The notes: generated by a model from the sequence alone, not told the origin. Shown: positions 37,848-52,974, counted from the first letter of the whole stretch. The stretch: 63,968 nucleotides of DNA, filler included, from Octopus bimaculoides (GCF_001194135.2; 5 parts of 5 records of this genome joined end to end with filler, not necessarily neighbours in it), one strand, 5' to 3'. Translations and numbers: made by a program.

Positions 37848-38009
37848 TTCTCCCTCCTTTTCTACCTTCATCATTCTCTCTTTCTCATTCACTCTCCATA
37901 ATATACGCGCTCTCTTTCTACCGCTCTGCTTCTCTCTGTCTCCATCTGTTTGTCTCTCTTTCTCTCTCTATCTATTAACCTTATCCAACTCACACANNNN
38001 NNNNNNAAC

Positions 38010-38060
<51 letters not shown>

Positions 38061-38319
38061 TATTGACAACAGTGGCAGAGATAAAGAGTTAGAGAAAATG
38101 AGACAGCGTGAGATGCAAATGGACATAGATACATATACACCCATTCATACATACATACAAATATATACAGATGCATAGACAGACGGACAGACAGAAANNN
38201 NNNNNNNTATATATACGTATAGACACACATATATATACGTATGGACACATATATACATATACTTATATACACGTTTAGATAGACAGCGATAAAGAAAGGG
38301 AAAGGAAGAAAGAATGAAC

Positions 38320-38370
<51 letters not shown>

Positions 38371-38665
38371 TATTGACAACAGTGGCAGAGATAAAGAGTT
38401 AGAGAAAATGAGACAGCGTGAGATGCAAATGGACATAGATACATATACACCCATTCATACATACATACAAATATATACAGATGCATAGACAGACGGACAG
38501 ACAGAAAGAGGAGTCGCAATGGTTAATACAGGGAAATGAAACCGAGCAAAGATAAGACGATGAAAGACAGTGAGATAGCGAGGTAGTTGGGGAAATGAAT
38601 GACAAAGAGAAAGAAAGACTGGGAAATAGAGAAGAGAGGGTAAATGAAGGAGAAGAAAACGAAAT

Positions 38666-38707
<42 letters not shown>

Positions 38708-38882
38708 AAGAAAAAAGAAATGAATGTCAAGGGAGGTGGGGTGGGGTGGGGTAAAATGAGATTAGCCTAAAGAAAACTAACAACTAATTTACTACAAATG
38801 AGAACAAAAAAGTGTTCTCACATCTAGTTTATTAGCTTTCCTTTTTCACAACTTCTTATCTGTCTATCTATCTATCTATCTG

Positions 38883-38914
<32 letters not shown>

Positions 38915-39078
38915 CTTTTCTGTTTGTCTTCCTGTCTGTCTAAATGTATGTCTGTCTATATCTCTACCTATCCATCTCTCTGTGCATATGTCTATCTATC
39001 ACTAAATCCATCGTTCAATGTAGTCATGTTTATCGATGTATCTATTTCTCAATCAATTTGTCTGATTGACACTATCAA

Positions 39079-39126
<48 letters not shown>

Positions 39127-39248
39127 CCTATATAAGAAATGACAGAGATAGATATAGACACACACACACACACACACGCACGCACATATATTTACATATA
39201 ACAATCTGTTTATATTTTCCGCTAGCTATCTACACATATGTATGTCTA

Positions 39249-39296
<48 letters not shown>

Positions 39297-39904
39297 NNNN
39301 NNNNNNNNNNNNNNNNNNNNNNNNNNNNNNNNNNNNNNNNTTAATTAATTAANNNNNNNNNNNNNNNNNNNNNNNNNNNNNNNNNNNNNNNNNNNNATAT
39401 ATATATATATATATATAACCTCATGTACATTCTTAAATGTATGGGTAGGTGTATCATGTACACGCATATTACTTTAGTCGTGTTTATAATTTAGAAACTC
39501 AGAGTTAAGTGGAGTTTACGCTAGATCACATGAAGACCTCGACCCAGTTTCGATTCCCGACTGAAATCAATTCAGAACACATCAAGATGCCAGTGTGCTG
39601 GTTGGGTGAGATGAGGACGGAGTAGGAAGAACGAATGAGCAAGACAACGTGTAAACATAACACCCAGTTCTTTACTTACACACACGCACACAGACTCACT
39701 CTTGAAGTGCATCTGCCTGGTCGGTCGATATGCAAGAAACAACAGCAGGACTTCTTCAAGATGATATTTCGCTCTCTTAGCAAAAGGAATACATATTTTG
39801 CTTGGTTATTGTAATCAGGTCAAATCTCGACATTTGAAGAATCTAAATTCTCAGACCCAACTGGACACCTTCCCGGTTGAATTGGTGTGCGAAGAGGCTG
39901 GATA

Positions 39905-40085
39905 TTCTTGGCTGAGTGGTGATTAAGAAAGAAGCACGCTTTGCAACTAGCATGGGTTTTGGGTTCAGTCCCACAGCGCGTCAGCTTCAGCAAGTGTTTT
40001 CTACTAAAGCTCCGAGCCAACCAATGCTTCTCTGAGCGAATTCGGTACACGGAAACTGTATGGAACCCCGTCGTGTATATACACA
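39905..40085 (+). mobile_element. SINE family A, 5' half (diverged)
   Basis: gagtggtgattaagaa...gggttcagtcccac...caagtgttttctacta. Confidence 0.75.
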
Positions 40086-41143
40086 CAAACATATATATGA
40101 AAGATCAAAAGTCTTGTTTCGAGCCACAGGCTTCATAAAGTCGGTTTCTCGGATTCAGTGGCGTATATATACGCCCCTGGACAGGACGCCAGTACTTTGC
40201 TAAAGAACACAACACATCGCCCAATCCAGAAATGGAAACCACAATTTTACGATCCTAACCACTAAGCCACGCACTTCCACCCATAGACACACACACACAC
40301 ATAATACATACATGTGTGAATGTGTCCTTGTATCTGTCTTCCCCTCACTAACGTTTGACAATCAGTGTTGGTTTGTTTTTGTCTGTGACTTGACAGTTCG
40401 GCAAAAGAGCACGATGAAATAAGTACCAGACTTTAAAAAAAAAAAAAAAGTACAGAGTTGGATTTGTTCGACTAGGCTAAACCCTTCGAGGCGGTGCTCC
40501 AACTTGGCCGCACTCCAACAACTGAAATAACTAACGTCATAGTTTCTCTCACGCAACGTAGGTTGACTTAGAGACCAGAGACCGTGCTAAATGTAAAACG
40601 TTCAAGATACTGAAGAGAGGACAGGTCGATCGAACCCAGAGTCTTATAACTGCGATGAGAACTTCTTAACCACCGAGCCTTACCTATCCCCCATCTACAT
40701 CACTTGTACAATACAGTCCTAAATGTATCATCATCATCATTTAACGTCCGTATCTCATGCTGACGTAGGTTGGACGGTTTGACAGGAGCTGGCGGGCCGG
40801 AGAGCAGCACCAAGATCCATTTGTCTGTTTTGGCAAGGTGTCCACTGCTGGATATTCTTCTTTAATGCCAAACACTTTACAGAGTGCATTGGGTGCTTTC
40901 TAAGTGACATCACCACATGTGCTGTTTACGTGGCACTACCAATAAAACAAACAAACAAACAAAAATGGTTTACAACTAGAATACTCTTGATCATATAGTT
41001 TGACCTCAATAAGGGTTGATTAGGAGGGTTCTTAGTAACCATCTATATTCATAATGTAATATTCCTGCTAGTATGTACTTTTTAAGAGGATAAGCCTTAT
41101 AATTTCATTACAAGAACAAATACGGAATGATATTGGATTCCGT

Positions 41144-41355
41144 TGTGGAGGTGCAATGGCCCAGTGGTTAGGGCAGCGGACTCGCGGTTTCGATTCTCAG
41201 ACCAGGCGTTGTGTGTGTTTATTGAGCGAAAACACCTAAAGCTCCACGAGGCTCCGGCAGGGGGTGGTGGCAACCCCCTGTTGTACTCTTTTGCCCCAAC
41301 TTTCTCTCACTCTCCCTTCCTGTCTCTTGAGTAACGCTGCGATGGACTGGCGTTT
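41144..41355 (+). mobile_element. SINE family B head with V-domain-like motif (truncated)
   Basis: Same head as 21164; ends CTGCGATGGACTGGCG. Confidence 0.85.
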
Positions 41356-43038
41356 GCACTTCATGTTTGAAGCTCCGACGAAGCCATAAGGTGATACACA
41401 GGTATTCAACTATGAATGCATTGCTTCTTACAGCAGAAACAGCTATAAGCTGATAACGTTCCTCGCATAAGTTCTTTGTCATAGTAATTTCTCAATACTG
41501 TCCTGTACTCGACTGACGGTTTGTTTCGAAGTATATATACGTGTGCTCAAACACCGAGTCATAAGTATCGTTATGCCGAAGCGAAATAATAAAAGTGGTA
41601 GCAGCAGCAGCATCAATAATGAATGGACATAGTTGAGACGCTGGTGCTGATGTTGATGTTTAGCGTCCCAGCATAAGCATCCCAACATGAAATGATTTAC
41701 TGAAATGATTTCCGTTTCCAAGCAAGGTAGAACAATCACTTGGCGGCAACTGGGACCAACCTCAAATGAGGAAGGGAGATAATCTCAAGAACCAAGATTC
41801 CTTCCGAAACTAACAATCCATTACATTAAAGAACACACTGATTGTCTTAAGAGACAATCCGGGGACAGCTTGTCTCAAGAAAAACAATATATATATATAT
41901 ATATATATATACACTTGACAAATTTATGCCGTATGCTATTTACGTATATATAAAAAAAATTGTGTTTGTGTGAATGAATGTGTACACAATACTATTATTA
42001 CCACATACAAAATACTAGTGTTTCACGCGGATAGAAAGACAAGTCACACATATATTTGTAGACCACTGCAGTATTTCACGCAAAACACACACGCACGCAC
42101 GCAGACATACACATGCATACACGTACACAGCTGTCTCTAAGAGACACAACTCTCTACTTCAAAACACACACCGCTATCACACATACACACACATACATAC
42201 ATACATACATACACAACAGCAGAGTACTTCAGACACAGATACACATATATACAATACGTACATACACATAGAGCTTCAAGCAGACCACGTCGGAGCGATC
42301 TCCGTTGCCTGGTGCCAAGTGAAATCCCCCCTTAAACAAGCAATGTTTAACAAGCTTAATCAGACTGGCGACAGTATGGCTAGCAATGAGAGGAGGAGGG
42401 ACGAGAAGGTGGAGGGGGGAGGCAGAGAGGGTTAGCTCACTGCCACACCACACCTTCCTACTCTACACCCCGTTGTTGTTGTTGTTCTCTTCCTCGCTGC
42501 CTCTTACCACATCCTCTCTCCACTCTACACAACACACATTATACAGCTACAACGTACATACACACCAACGTTTGTATACATTATGTATACGTATATATAT
42601 ATATATTCACACATATAGACATACATACGTGTGTGTATGCGTGCGAAGGGGTGTGCAGGAAAGGAAAAAGATTCTATAATACAGATTAGCTTCTTCAAAT
42701 ACCCCTCATACTTCTACTCTGTTTTTCCCTTCTTGTATTACTTGGTCTGCGGATATGATCCTGGCATCAACGTCAGTGCCTGCTTCCTTCCTCTCGCTCC
42801 CAAGCTCTGCCTGTCTATATATTATTAACCCATCTATCTATCAGTCTATCACTCTATCTATCTATCTATCTATCTCCAACGAGAATCAAGTAAACATACC
42901 TTTTTTTCTTCTTCTTCCTTTCTGCACACATTCTACATACATTCACGGAAATACAGAGAATTAATAAATAAATATGTTTCGTACATGTATAGGTATATAC
43001 GTACGTATATGCATATAGATGTATAGGTATATACGTAC

Positions 43039-43074
<36 letters not shown>

Positions 43075-43814
43075 CTTACAAGCAGCTTAAACTGCGGGAC
43101 ATTCCCATCTTCAGCAGTGAAATGGAGATTCAACGGTTTCGTAAGTGCGCACACGCGTGAACACACACACACACCGAATATAAATCTCGATATTAGAGTT
43201 GTGACTGTAATATAATTCATCTCTTTCTCTCTCTAGCCTACATGTATTTATATATGTGTGTGTGTGTGTGTGTGTGTGCAAAAGAGCGGGGGAAAGGAAG
43301 AGATGAAGATACGGTAGTCGCTTATGTACAGGCTCCCTGTAAAATCCAGGTTTTATACTCGATAATTTGCAGGGAATCGGTGTGGAGGTGTAAGATAAAA
43401 TAAGAGTGAGAGAGAGAGAGAAAAAACACCCTAGAAAACTAATGGTTTTATAAATGTTTTGTTATATTTTTTGTTTTCTTTCTTTTTTTTCCCCCTGTCA
43501 AATTCCATTCATGTAAAAACTGCTCACACCACCGTGTTTTGAAGCTACTGAACGAAGTGTATATTTTATACACCTACAGCAGCCGATTTTATTTATAGGT
43601 ATTTCAGTTAAGTGTCAACCAGGCAAACCTACACAGTTGCTAACCATTCTACAAATAGCAGCCAAATTCTCCCTCAAATTACTAGTTTTTTTTTTTTTAC
43701 CCCCTTTTTAAAAGGTTAAAATACATTCGATGATGTAGTCTTAGACAGTGTGTCTGGAGGGAAACAATCATTAAATGATGTTCGACGATTAAAACGTCTT
43801 TAAACATAAGCCTA

Positions 43815-43998
43815 CTCAAATCCGAGTTCTAAAACAATTCTCTAAGCCCTGGCTCAAATCCCGAGTTCAACAGCATTTTCTAAGCTCCGTGTAAATCCGA
43901 GTTCAATAGCATTCTCTAAGCTCTGGCTCAAATCCCGAGTTCAACAGCATTCTTTAAGCCCCGGCTCGAATCCAGTTCAATAGCGATCCCTAAGCCAG
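43815..43998. repeat. ~36-38 bp minisatellite x5
   Basis: Direct: ctcaaatcccgagttcaacagcattctctaagccctgg variants. Confidence 0.9.
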
Positions 43999-44544
43999 CC
44001 ATGGGCAAACTGTATCCTGCAGGACTTCCTGAATGGCTCGCTTAATAAAAAATTACTCAGAATATTTTTTTTAGTAATGCAGACTACTTCTCGAAAGATG
44101 GTGTCCATGCCTACTCTAAGCGGTTGCCTGGACAGTTTCAAAGGCCAAAATCAAATTTGTCCACAAGTCAAACCGTAGAATCTTAAACAAAGGCAAGGCA
44201 CATCGGATTCCTGGAAAGACATGGTGGTCACAGTGGAATGCCCTTTGAATATAGGTTTGTCCTCTCTGAGCTGACCTGTAGATGAACAACATAAGCAGGC
44301 AATGTAACGTCACCACCCGTGTAAGCTATGTTAAGTGTAAGGGAGTGAGGTATAGTTGACGTAGACTTGAAAATGGATTGATCAGGTGTATAGAGAAATT
44401 TCGTTCTTTAGCCCATGGCTAGCACTGGACGACTAGAACTATAAACAAAGACTCTTTATCCGAGACTAATCCAGTTTTTACTTTATAATTTCGTAGGTCA
44501 GGAAATTCAGAATGTCCTCCTATATCTTTTTTATAGGATGTAAC

Positions 44545-44586
<42 letters not shown>

Positions 44587-44596
44587 ACACACAGCA

Positions 44597-44855
44597 GACA
44601 CGTGGTCGAGGGATCGCGGGTTCCAATCTCAGACCAGGCAATGTGTGTGTTTATGAGTGAAACACTTAAGCTCCACGTAGCTCCGGCAGAAGGTAATGGT
44701 AAATTTTTTCTGACTCTTTCGCCACACCTTACTCTCATTCTTTCCTCCTGCGTCTAGCAGCTCACCTGTGACGGACCGGCGTCCCGTCCAGGTGGGGAAC
44801 CTATACACCACTGAGACCGGGAAACCGGCCCTTTATGAGCCAGGCATGGCTCGAG
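44597..44855 (+). mobile_element. SINE family B variant with V-domain-like body and distinct tail
   Basis: Family B head, then ctgtgacggaccggcgtcccgtccagg. Confidence 0.8.
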
Positions 44856-45570
44856 AAGGAACAAACAATATATGCAAAGTATATGTTATTTTTCGGAAAT
44901 ATTATCAGCATAATCACTATCTACAGCATCGAAAACCTATCTCTGTGAAATTTTCAGAAAGTCGTAAGACGCATATCTTGCACGTCTCATGTTGACTATT
45001 TCTGTATCTTTTTTACTCTCTCTCTCGAAGCGATGTAAACCGTGGCTCGAGGAATCCACCCACCAATCCACCAACCGGCATTCAATCATTTATATCCGTT
45101 GTTTTGTGTATGTGCGTATTGTGATGGCTGTCTACTCGTGACCGAGGGAGAACAGACTGTCACTGACCGTTAAGAGAAAACTATGCGACTCAGACAAAAT
45201 TAATACTTCCCACTTGCGGACGCCATCGGTGAATAACAAACCCAGCTCTTCTTGATAAACATTTGCAACCAGTAAAAGAATATCTGAAGTAATCCGAGAA
45301 TTTAATGTAAAGGACAATATTGGAGTTCTGAAGTCGAATCCAAAGTGTGTATATGTGTGTGTGTATATATACACATGTACATGTGCGTGCACACACAGGT
45401 GTGTTGTGCGTCTGTGTGGCACAACTCCAGCAATGCTGAGGGGAGGTAGTTAATCCCGCAATGGTTGACTTGTTAATCTTACCTTATCGTCGCCCCAGAA
45501 AGGATGAAAGGCAAGTTGGTGACGGTCGGATTTGAATATATATGTAGGAATCTTGCAGCTTTTAACCGTT

Positions 45571-45601
<31 letters not shown>

Positions 45602-45757
45602 GGGTAGCTGATGAAGTAGAATGTTCTCTATGTGGCTCGTGTGTTCTCGTCTACGTTTGTTTGCAATGTCCTGTACCCAGATATGCACCTATACATACAG
45701 GTGGATGTCGGTATGCACATACCTGTACGTATATATGCATATACTCATTTACTATTT

Positions 45758-45793
<36 letters not shown>

Positions 45794-48700
45794 CATAAAC
45801 CAGTCAGGTTTTCAAATTTCTAATATCTTTAAGTGCTAGTTTACTGATGACACACACACATGCGCACACATATGGACTTTTGCTTTTGGTCTAGTGAAGG
45901 CGTAGGTGCACAACAAAAGACGCAACCCCTTCTTTTCGGTAGTCAACCAACTTTATTCTCCACCCCACAAAACTGTCTTCCTTTCCTTTACATTCCTCGA
46001 TGTTGCTCCAATTTCCCTCGGAGAGTGGAGCGGGCGAGAGAGAGAAACGAACACAGCGGTACACGACTGGTGTGTCAATGATCGTAAATGAAGACAGACG
46101 ATGGTGACGGTGGTGGTTATGATTGATGTCAATGACTGAGGATATGAGTTAAAAGGTCAAGGTGTTCTAAGCCAGACGACATCCCGGGTATATTTAATTC
46201 AGTGTTTCCGCACTGATCAAAGCGATCTTTCCGGATAGACGACCGATTATCTTCTTAACTCCCCGCATCCGACCCATCTGTTACTCTTACTCATACCTGA
46301 GTAAGGCTGAACTCTGGGAACAGTTGTGTGCGTGCGTGTGTTTGTGAGACAGAGAGAAAATATTCCCCTAATGATCCCCACCTCTTTCTTTGTTTTTTTT
46401 TCAATTACTTGAACTCAGGTTACAGTTTATCTTAAAGGCAGATTTCCAATCACGTTGGTTGCCGCCCCGTTGGCCGATGTCGCCTCGGGAACGTCGTGGT
46501 TTGTACTTTCCGCAATCGATCACCCGCCCTTGTTTGTTCCTTTGCTTTATAGCCGGGTAGCAATTCATCCACCCATCTCTCAAAACTGGTTGTGATTTGT
46601 GTATCCATTGTGCACACAAACACACACACGATTTCTAGCATTTCTGAAAGATTTTCTGTCGCTTGATCATGGTCTATGAATGAAAGTAGTATATATATTA
46701 AAAATTTAATATAGAGACAAGATTACAACCGGATCGAAACTCTTTAAAGTGATTATTTTATTGATACCCCAAACCTCACCACCGTTAAGATGAAAAGCAA
46801 AATGTCGATGCCGCCGCCATTTCTAACGCATTCAAATATAACGTGTGTATATTTAATTAATGCATGTGAACCAATTAACTCGCAAATTAACTCACAAAAT
46901 ATTTTTACTGCGGCTGGTTGTTCAGAGAAATTTTTATCTAAGTTCTGAGACTTCCTGGTGGCATTTCTGAAAAGATCTTTGTCATTGAAGACACACAGCT
47001 TTTTTTACCCACCCCCACCCCACATATATTTCGTGTTACGCTAAGAAGTGGGGCACGGTACCAGAAATTTTTGACTCGAGTCAAATATAGCAAAGTATTC
47101 CAAATCGTTGTTAGAGTGTCCGCATAAGTGGAGTCTGGACCGGCTAGTTTATCGAGTTGTGTAAATTGAATCAGCATTTGGTCGCTTACAGATTGGAGTT
47201 TTCAAGAAACAAAATCTCGGAAACGATGCGAAAAATGACTGTCTGTAGAAAGCCAATACTATGATTTCATCAACTCCTCTACACTTCTAAAGAATGGACA
47301 AACTGTCGCCGCGATCCGAAAAGCTTGAAGTGTTAGGTTTTCATCGGTACTTTGAAGCATGTTTGAACTCAAGTGGGTGGTGAGTAGGAATAGTTGAACG
47401 AACATTATAATTGTCCTCAAATTTACATTGAAGCAACCGTCACCAAAATAAGGTCGGTCCGACCGAAAGAGAACAGAAACGTTTAGATGACCTGTTGAAC
47501 CAAAAACGTTAAGTTTGGCAAAATCGACCGAACGAAATGAGAAGACCGTCCAAAACAGTCTTTCTCACAATGCGGGCAGTGGAAAATTTTATGAGATTCA
47601 GCGAAAAAGGGGCAAGATATGCATGAACTGAGCTTTTTTTTAAATTTAAAAAAAAAAAGTTTTTGTTTCCTATTTAAATAATGTACATTATGAAAAACTG
47701 TTTGTTAGCTGCAATCAATCACTGCAGAAATAGCAACTTCAACAATACGTGGTGACTTCCAGTGAACAGTTAATACAAGAGAAATAAATCATTTCATCAT
47801 ATTTGGTGGGATTAGAAGTTTGAAATTAATCTTGCCAACAATAATAATAGACTTCGAAGTGTGAATAATATTCATGTGATTGGATGCGTTCGACAATTAA
47901 ATCACAACTGGATGGAATAAAGGAGTACCTAAATGTTCCCATGTTCCAACACACACCCCTAAGCATTTAGTATTCGCTTATAGTAGGGTAGTGTGAAAAA
48001 TAGTCATCTGCGTCTCTGGATGGCTTCATTGATATTGCGAGCATGTACATTAAAATGGTGGAGGTGATAATGCGGAGTAGGGTGGGCATTGAATGGTTAA
48101 AAAAAAAAAAAGGGAGAGGTGGTGAAAAAGTATTAGTAAAAAAAAAAAGGGGGGAGCGATACTAAAAGAAATTTGTCTCAAGCAGTACTTTGCAACCGGT
48201 ATGCCGCAGTATAACCTGAATATATATATATATATATTTTCCCCTATACTTTTAGTTCAGGTGTGCCACCAAATTTTGAGAAGAATATAAGTGTACTGCA
48301 AGTGAAAAATGGTTGTGGAACANNNNNNNNNNNNNNNNNNNNNNNNNNNNNNNNNNNNNNNNNNNNNNNNNNNNNNNNNNNNNNNNNNNNNNNNNNNNNN
48401 NNNNNNNNNNNNNNNNNNNNNNNNNNNNNNNNNNNNNNNNNNNNNNNNNNNNNNNNNNNNNNNNNNNNNNNNNNNNNNNNNNNNNNNNNNNNNNNNNNNN
48501 NNNNNNNNNNNNNNNNNNNNNNNNNNNNNNNNNNNNNNNNNNNNNNNNNNNNNNNNNNNNNNNNNNNNNNNNNNNNNNNNNNNNNNNNNNNNNNNNNNNN
48601 NNNNNNNNNNNNNNNNNNNNNNNNNNNNNNNNNNNNNNNNNNNNNNNNNNNNNNNNNNNNNNNNNNNNNNNNNNNNNNNNNNNNNNNNNNNNNNNNNNNN

Positions 48701-49512
48701 NNNNNNNNNNNNNNNNNNNNNNNNNNNNNNNNNNNNNNNNNNNNNNNNNNNNNNNNNNNNNNNNNNNNNNNNNNNNNNNNNNNNNNNNNNNNNNNNNNNN
48801 NNNNNNNNNNNNNNNNNNNNNNNNNNNNNNNNNNNNNNNNNNNNNNNNNNNNNNNNNNNNNNNNNNNNNNNNNNNNNNNNNNNNNNNNNNNNNNNNNNNN
48901 NNNNNNNNNNNNNNNNNNNNNNNNNNNNNNNNNNNNNNNNNNNNNNNNNNNNNNNNNNNNNNNNNNNNNNNNNNNNNNNNNNNNNNNNNNNNNNNNNNNN
49001 NNNNNNNNNNNNNNNNNNNNNNNNNNNNNNNNNNNNNNNNNNNNNNNNNNNNNNNNNNNNNNNNNNNNNNNNNNNNNNNNNNNNNNNNNNNNNNNNNNNN
49101 NNNNNNNNNNNNNNNNNNNNNNNNNNNNNNNNNNNNNNNNNNNNNNNNNNNNNNNNNNNNNNNNNNNNNNNNNNNNNNNNNNNNNNNNNNNNNNNNNNNN
49201 NNNNNNNNNNNNNNNNNNAACACAATTGTTCCCCAGCCAGCCGAAGGACGATGCCCCGCTTCTATGTAGTCTCTCCGCCGTTCTCGCCTTCAGATGTCTG
49301 TTCCTATGAAGTCATTCGGCCTACTCTCGTTCAAAATCGGACACTTTAAGAGAAGGCATTAGACAATGTAATCCAAGACGAACATAACAACGGAACAGAC
49401 CAATCATATAAGCTTGACACTAAAAAAAAAAAGAGAGAGAGAGAGAGAAAGTGTGGGGGATGACACATCAAACACTTGTAGGTAGTTGCAGTCAGAATGA
49501 GAGAGAGAGAGG

Positions 49513-49551
<39 letters not shown>

Positions 49552-49814
49552 CTGGAATGATCAACAAGGCTGGAATGCCTCTAATCATAGGTCTACTCGA
49601 TAACCAAGATTAACCTGAGACTTAGCAACAATTACTTCGCCGGTCAATCATGTCATTGGTTTCAGAGATAACAGCTGCATGAGATGTATGGGTTGAGAGC
49701 AACAGACCGCCCCACAAAGCCATCACACACAGGTTACTATCAAATATATCCCAGCAAGAGTGTATCTAAAAGGAACTGCGTTATCTAATGCAGTTTTCTT
49801 AACTAATTAATATC

Positions 49815-50380
49815 TATTTTTTTTATTGTCCACAGGGGGCTAAACATAGAGAAGACAAACAAGGACAGACAAAAGGATTAAGTCGATTACGTCAACCCCC
49901 CAGTGCGTAACTGGTACTTATTTAAAGGAGCACTCCGTCGGTCACGACGATGAGGGGTCCCAGCTGATACGATCAACGGAACAGCTTGCTCGTGAAATTA
50001 ACGTGCAAGTGACTCAGCAATCCACAGACACGTGTACTCCTAACAGGAAGATTCAGCGTGACACAGAGTGAGACAAGGCCGGCCCTTTGAAATACAGGTA
50101 CTACTCATTTTTGCCAGCTGAGTGGACTGGAGCAACGTGAAATAAAGTGTCTTGCTCAAGGACACAACGCATCGCCAGGAATTGAACTCACGACCTTACG
50201 ATCGTGAGCCGCATGCCCTAACCACTAAGCCACGCGCCTTCACTTATTTGATCAACCCCGAAAGGATGAAAAGCAAAGTCGACCTGGGCGGAATTGGAAC
50301 TCAGAACGTAAAGATAGATGAAATACCGCTAGGCATTTCGCCCGACGTGCTGACGATTCGGCCAGCTAGCCGCTCCTCTA
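49815..50380 (-). mobile_element. SINE family C split by a nested family D SINE
   Basis: The two halves (49815-49923 and 50242-50380) join into one family C copy. Confidence 0.9.
49924..50241 (-). mobile_element. SINE family D, full length, 8-bp TSD
   Basis: tRNA head (TGGCTTAGTGG, GTTCAATTCC); TSD ACTTATTT at 49916-49923 and 50242-50249; 3' half matches the tail of the family B copy at 21370-21545. Confidence 0.9.
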
Positions 50381-50404
50381 AACATATTAACTCATTAATA
50401 TCTA

Positions 50405-50600
50405 GGTGACGTGCTGGTAGAATTGTTATCCCGTAAGAAGATAATATTCTTCGCGGAATTTCGTCCGTCTTCACGATGTGAGTTCAAATTTCTCCGAGGT
50501 CGACGAAGTAAGCATCAATTGGGTAGTAGGGGTCGATATAATCGACTTCTCACCTCAAAAACTGCAGACCTTGTACCAAAAATTTGAAACCATTATTATT
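50405..50600 (+). mobile_element. SINE family C (diverged)
   Basis: Shared family C motifs. Confidence 0.7.
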
Positions 50601-51117
50601 AAGGCGGAGAGCTGGCATAATCGTTAGAATACCGGATAAAATTGGAGTTTCCAGTAGGTAACAACCAGGTGCGGTCCCCGGAATTTTTCGAAGAGAAGGC
50701 ACTAGGTTAGAAGGGAATACAATTCCAAGAGAAAAGGGCATAATAACCTTATTTAGATATATATAAACACACACATACGACTGGACGTGCGTGCATCTGC
50801 GTTAATGTATGCGAAATGTATTTTTAAGCGTGTAATTGAGTCTGCAAGTTTGCACGCGTATGTAGGTGCATCTGCAAACATTCTGCACAGATCTATAAAC
50901 GCATTGTGGGATTTCAGGTCAGCTCTCTTAATCGAACAAGCTGACAGTCATGGACATTCCAGTCGTGACCATCCTGTCTTTTGCCTTATGTGCCACAAAA
51001 ATCCGGGGACGCATTCAAGACTGGAGAGTGCGTGTAGTTTGAAAGAGATTTCGTTATTACCATTTCTAACAAATCGAGCGACCACGTTCGTTCGATTCAA
51101 TCTATCGTCATGTGTAT

Positions 51118-51508
51118 ATGTACTCTTTTACTTGTTTCAGTCAGCTGACTGTGGCCATGCTGGAGCACCGCCTTTAGTAGAATCAAATCGACCCCAGGAC
51201 TTATTCTTTGTAAGCCTAGTACTTATTCTATCGGTCTCTTTTGCCGAACCGCTAAGTTACGGGGACGTAAACACACCAGCATTGGTTGTCAAGCGATGGT
51301 GGGGGGACAAACACAGACACACACACACCGTATATATATATATATATACGACGGGCTTCTTTCAGTTTCCGTCTACCAAATCCACTCACAAGGCTTTGGT
51401 CGGCCCGAGGTTATAGTAGAAGACATTTGCAGAAGGTGCCACGCAGTGGGATTGAACCCAGAACCATGTGGTTGGTAAGCAAGCTACTTACCACACAGCC
51501 ACTCCTGC
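51118..51508 (-). mobile_element. SINE family A, full length
   Basis: Reverse complement of the 16228 copy at high identity. Confidence 0.93.
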
Positions 51509-51735
51509 GTGCGTGCGCGCGCGTTTGTGTGCGTGCCGTACATATCTACGTTACATATCTCCGTGAATGTGTGTGTATAACGATCCCAAAATGTATATTG
51601 TTGATTACTGGAGTGTGTGTGTATGTGTGTGTGTGTGTGTGTATTAGGTTTGAGTTGGTGTCTGTTTCTCGATAATTTAACTAAAAAAACATTGGTCAAC
51701 TTTAAAAGAGAAAGCAACAAGTGCATGCATGTGTG

Positions 51736-51766
<31 letters not shown>

Positions 51767-52290
51767 AAGTATGTATATGTGTGTGTGTATCATACATACA
51801 CATATTCACATGTACAGATATGATACACCAAGAGAGGTCCAACTTCGTTCCTACCACGTACGTGTGTGTATATACACATACACACCATGAAAAGACACCC
51901 ATCATAAAAAAAAAATCCCACCGACAACACCAATACCACCACCACTAGCAAAAAAAACCCCCCATAAGCATCCTACATACCTACCACCCACACTAACAAA
52001 ACTACCACCACCATCACCACTTTTCCAGGTCACGTACCCCAACAATCTTGAGATGATTACAACAGTGGCTTAGATGAGTGAAAGAGAACGAGAGAGAGAG
52101 AGCGAGAAGAGATGTGTGGTGGGAGGGAGGAAGAGAAGGCAGAGGTAGAGGGAAAGAGAGAGAGATAGAGACAGGGCAGGGAGAGAGAGAGAGAGGAGGG
52201 AGAGCGAGCGAATACATAAGGCTGGCGCCGTACAGTCATCGGTCGGCTTGATGATAACAACAGCAGTAGCAACTTCTACCCTTAACACCA

Positions 52291-52333
<43 letters not shown>

Positions 52334-52922
52334 AGCAATAACAACAATAATTTCTAGCATTCTTTTACTCATTTACTGGTCTCAGTTATTGGACTGCGGC
52401 CATGCAGGAACACTGCCTGAAAGGGTGTTTTGTTTTTATATTTAGCTGTTAATCGATCATAGCGACGCCAGCGCTCGTTCTATCGATCTCTTTTTATCGA
52501 ACCGCCATATATTACAGAACACGGAGGAACCATGACATAAATAAATAAATACAGATACAGACGGATACATACGCAATGACGGCGGGTTCCCCCGCAAAAG
52601 TTTTCCCTTCTGCCCGAATTCCATTGAAAATGGTACGACAGAAGTGTTCAATCGATGGCTACAAGAAGAAGGCAGATGCCTTTTCCGAGATGTCAAACAG
52701 TTTGAGTGAACCTAGAAGCACGTAGTCATGAAACGTTGCCAGCAATTTTGAGAGAAGGGGACATGTCGATAAGATCAACCATTTCGATTCCAAAGGATTG
52801 AAAGGCAAAATTTACCTCGGCGGGATTTAAACTCAAAACATAAAAAAGAACCGCTAAGCATTTCTGTCTGACGTTCTAAGGACTCTGCTAGCTCGCTATA
52901 TTGCTTATTGTGGAGATGCTGA

Positions 52923-52954
<32 letters not shown>

Positions 52955-52974
52955 AGGCACATAACTGCAAAACA

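Noticed and set aside
38007-38507. Identical 191-bp direct duplication (38007-38197 and 38317-38507)
   Set aside because: The first copy is bounded by 10-N gaps on both sides and both include the same (GATA)n length; most likely an unmerged contig overlap.
45601-45678. CTGATGA-A-GTAGA..TCTAC hammerhead-like string
   Set aside because: GAAA is replaced by GTTT and there is no stem III; probably chance. CTGATGA at 53357 and 58196 fail similarly.
47050-47640. Possible very old Tc1 transposase remnant
   Set aside because: Only vague motif resemblance; no TIR or DD34E could be reconstructed.
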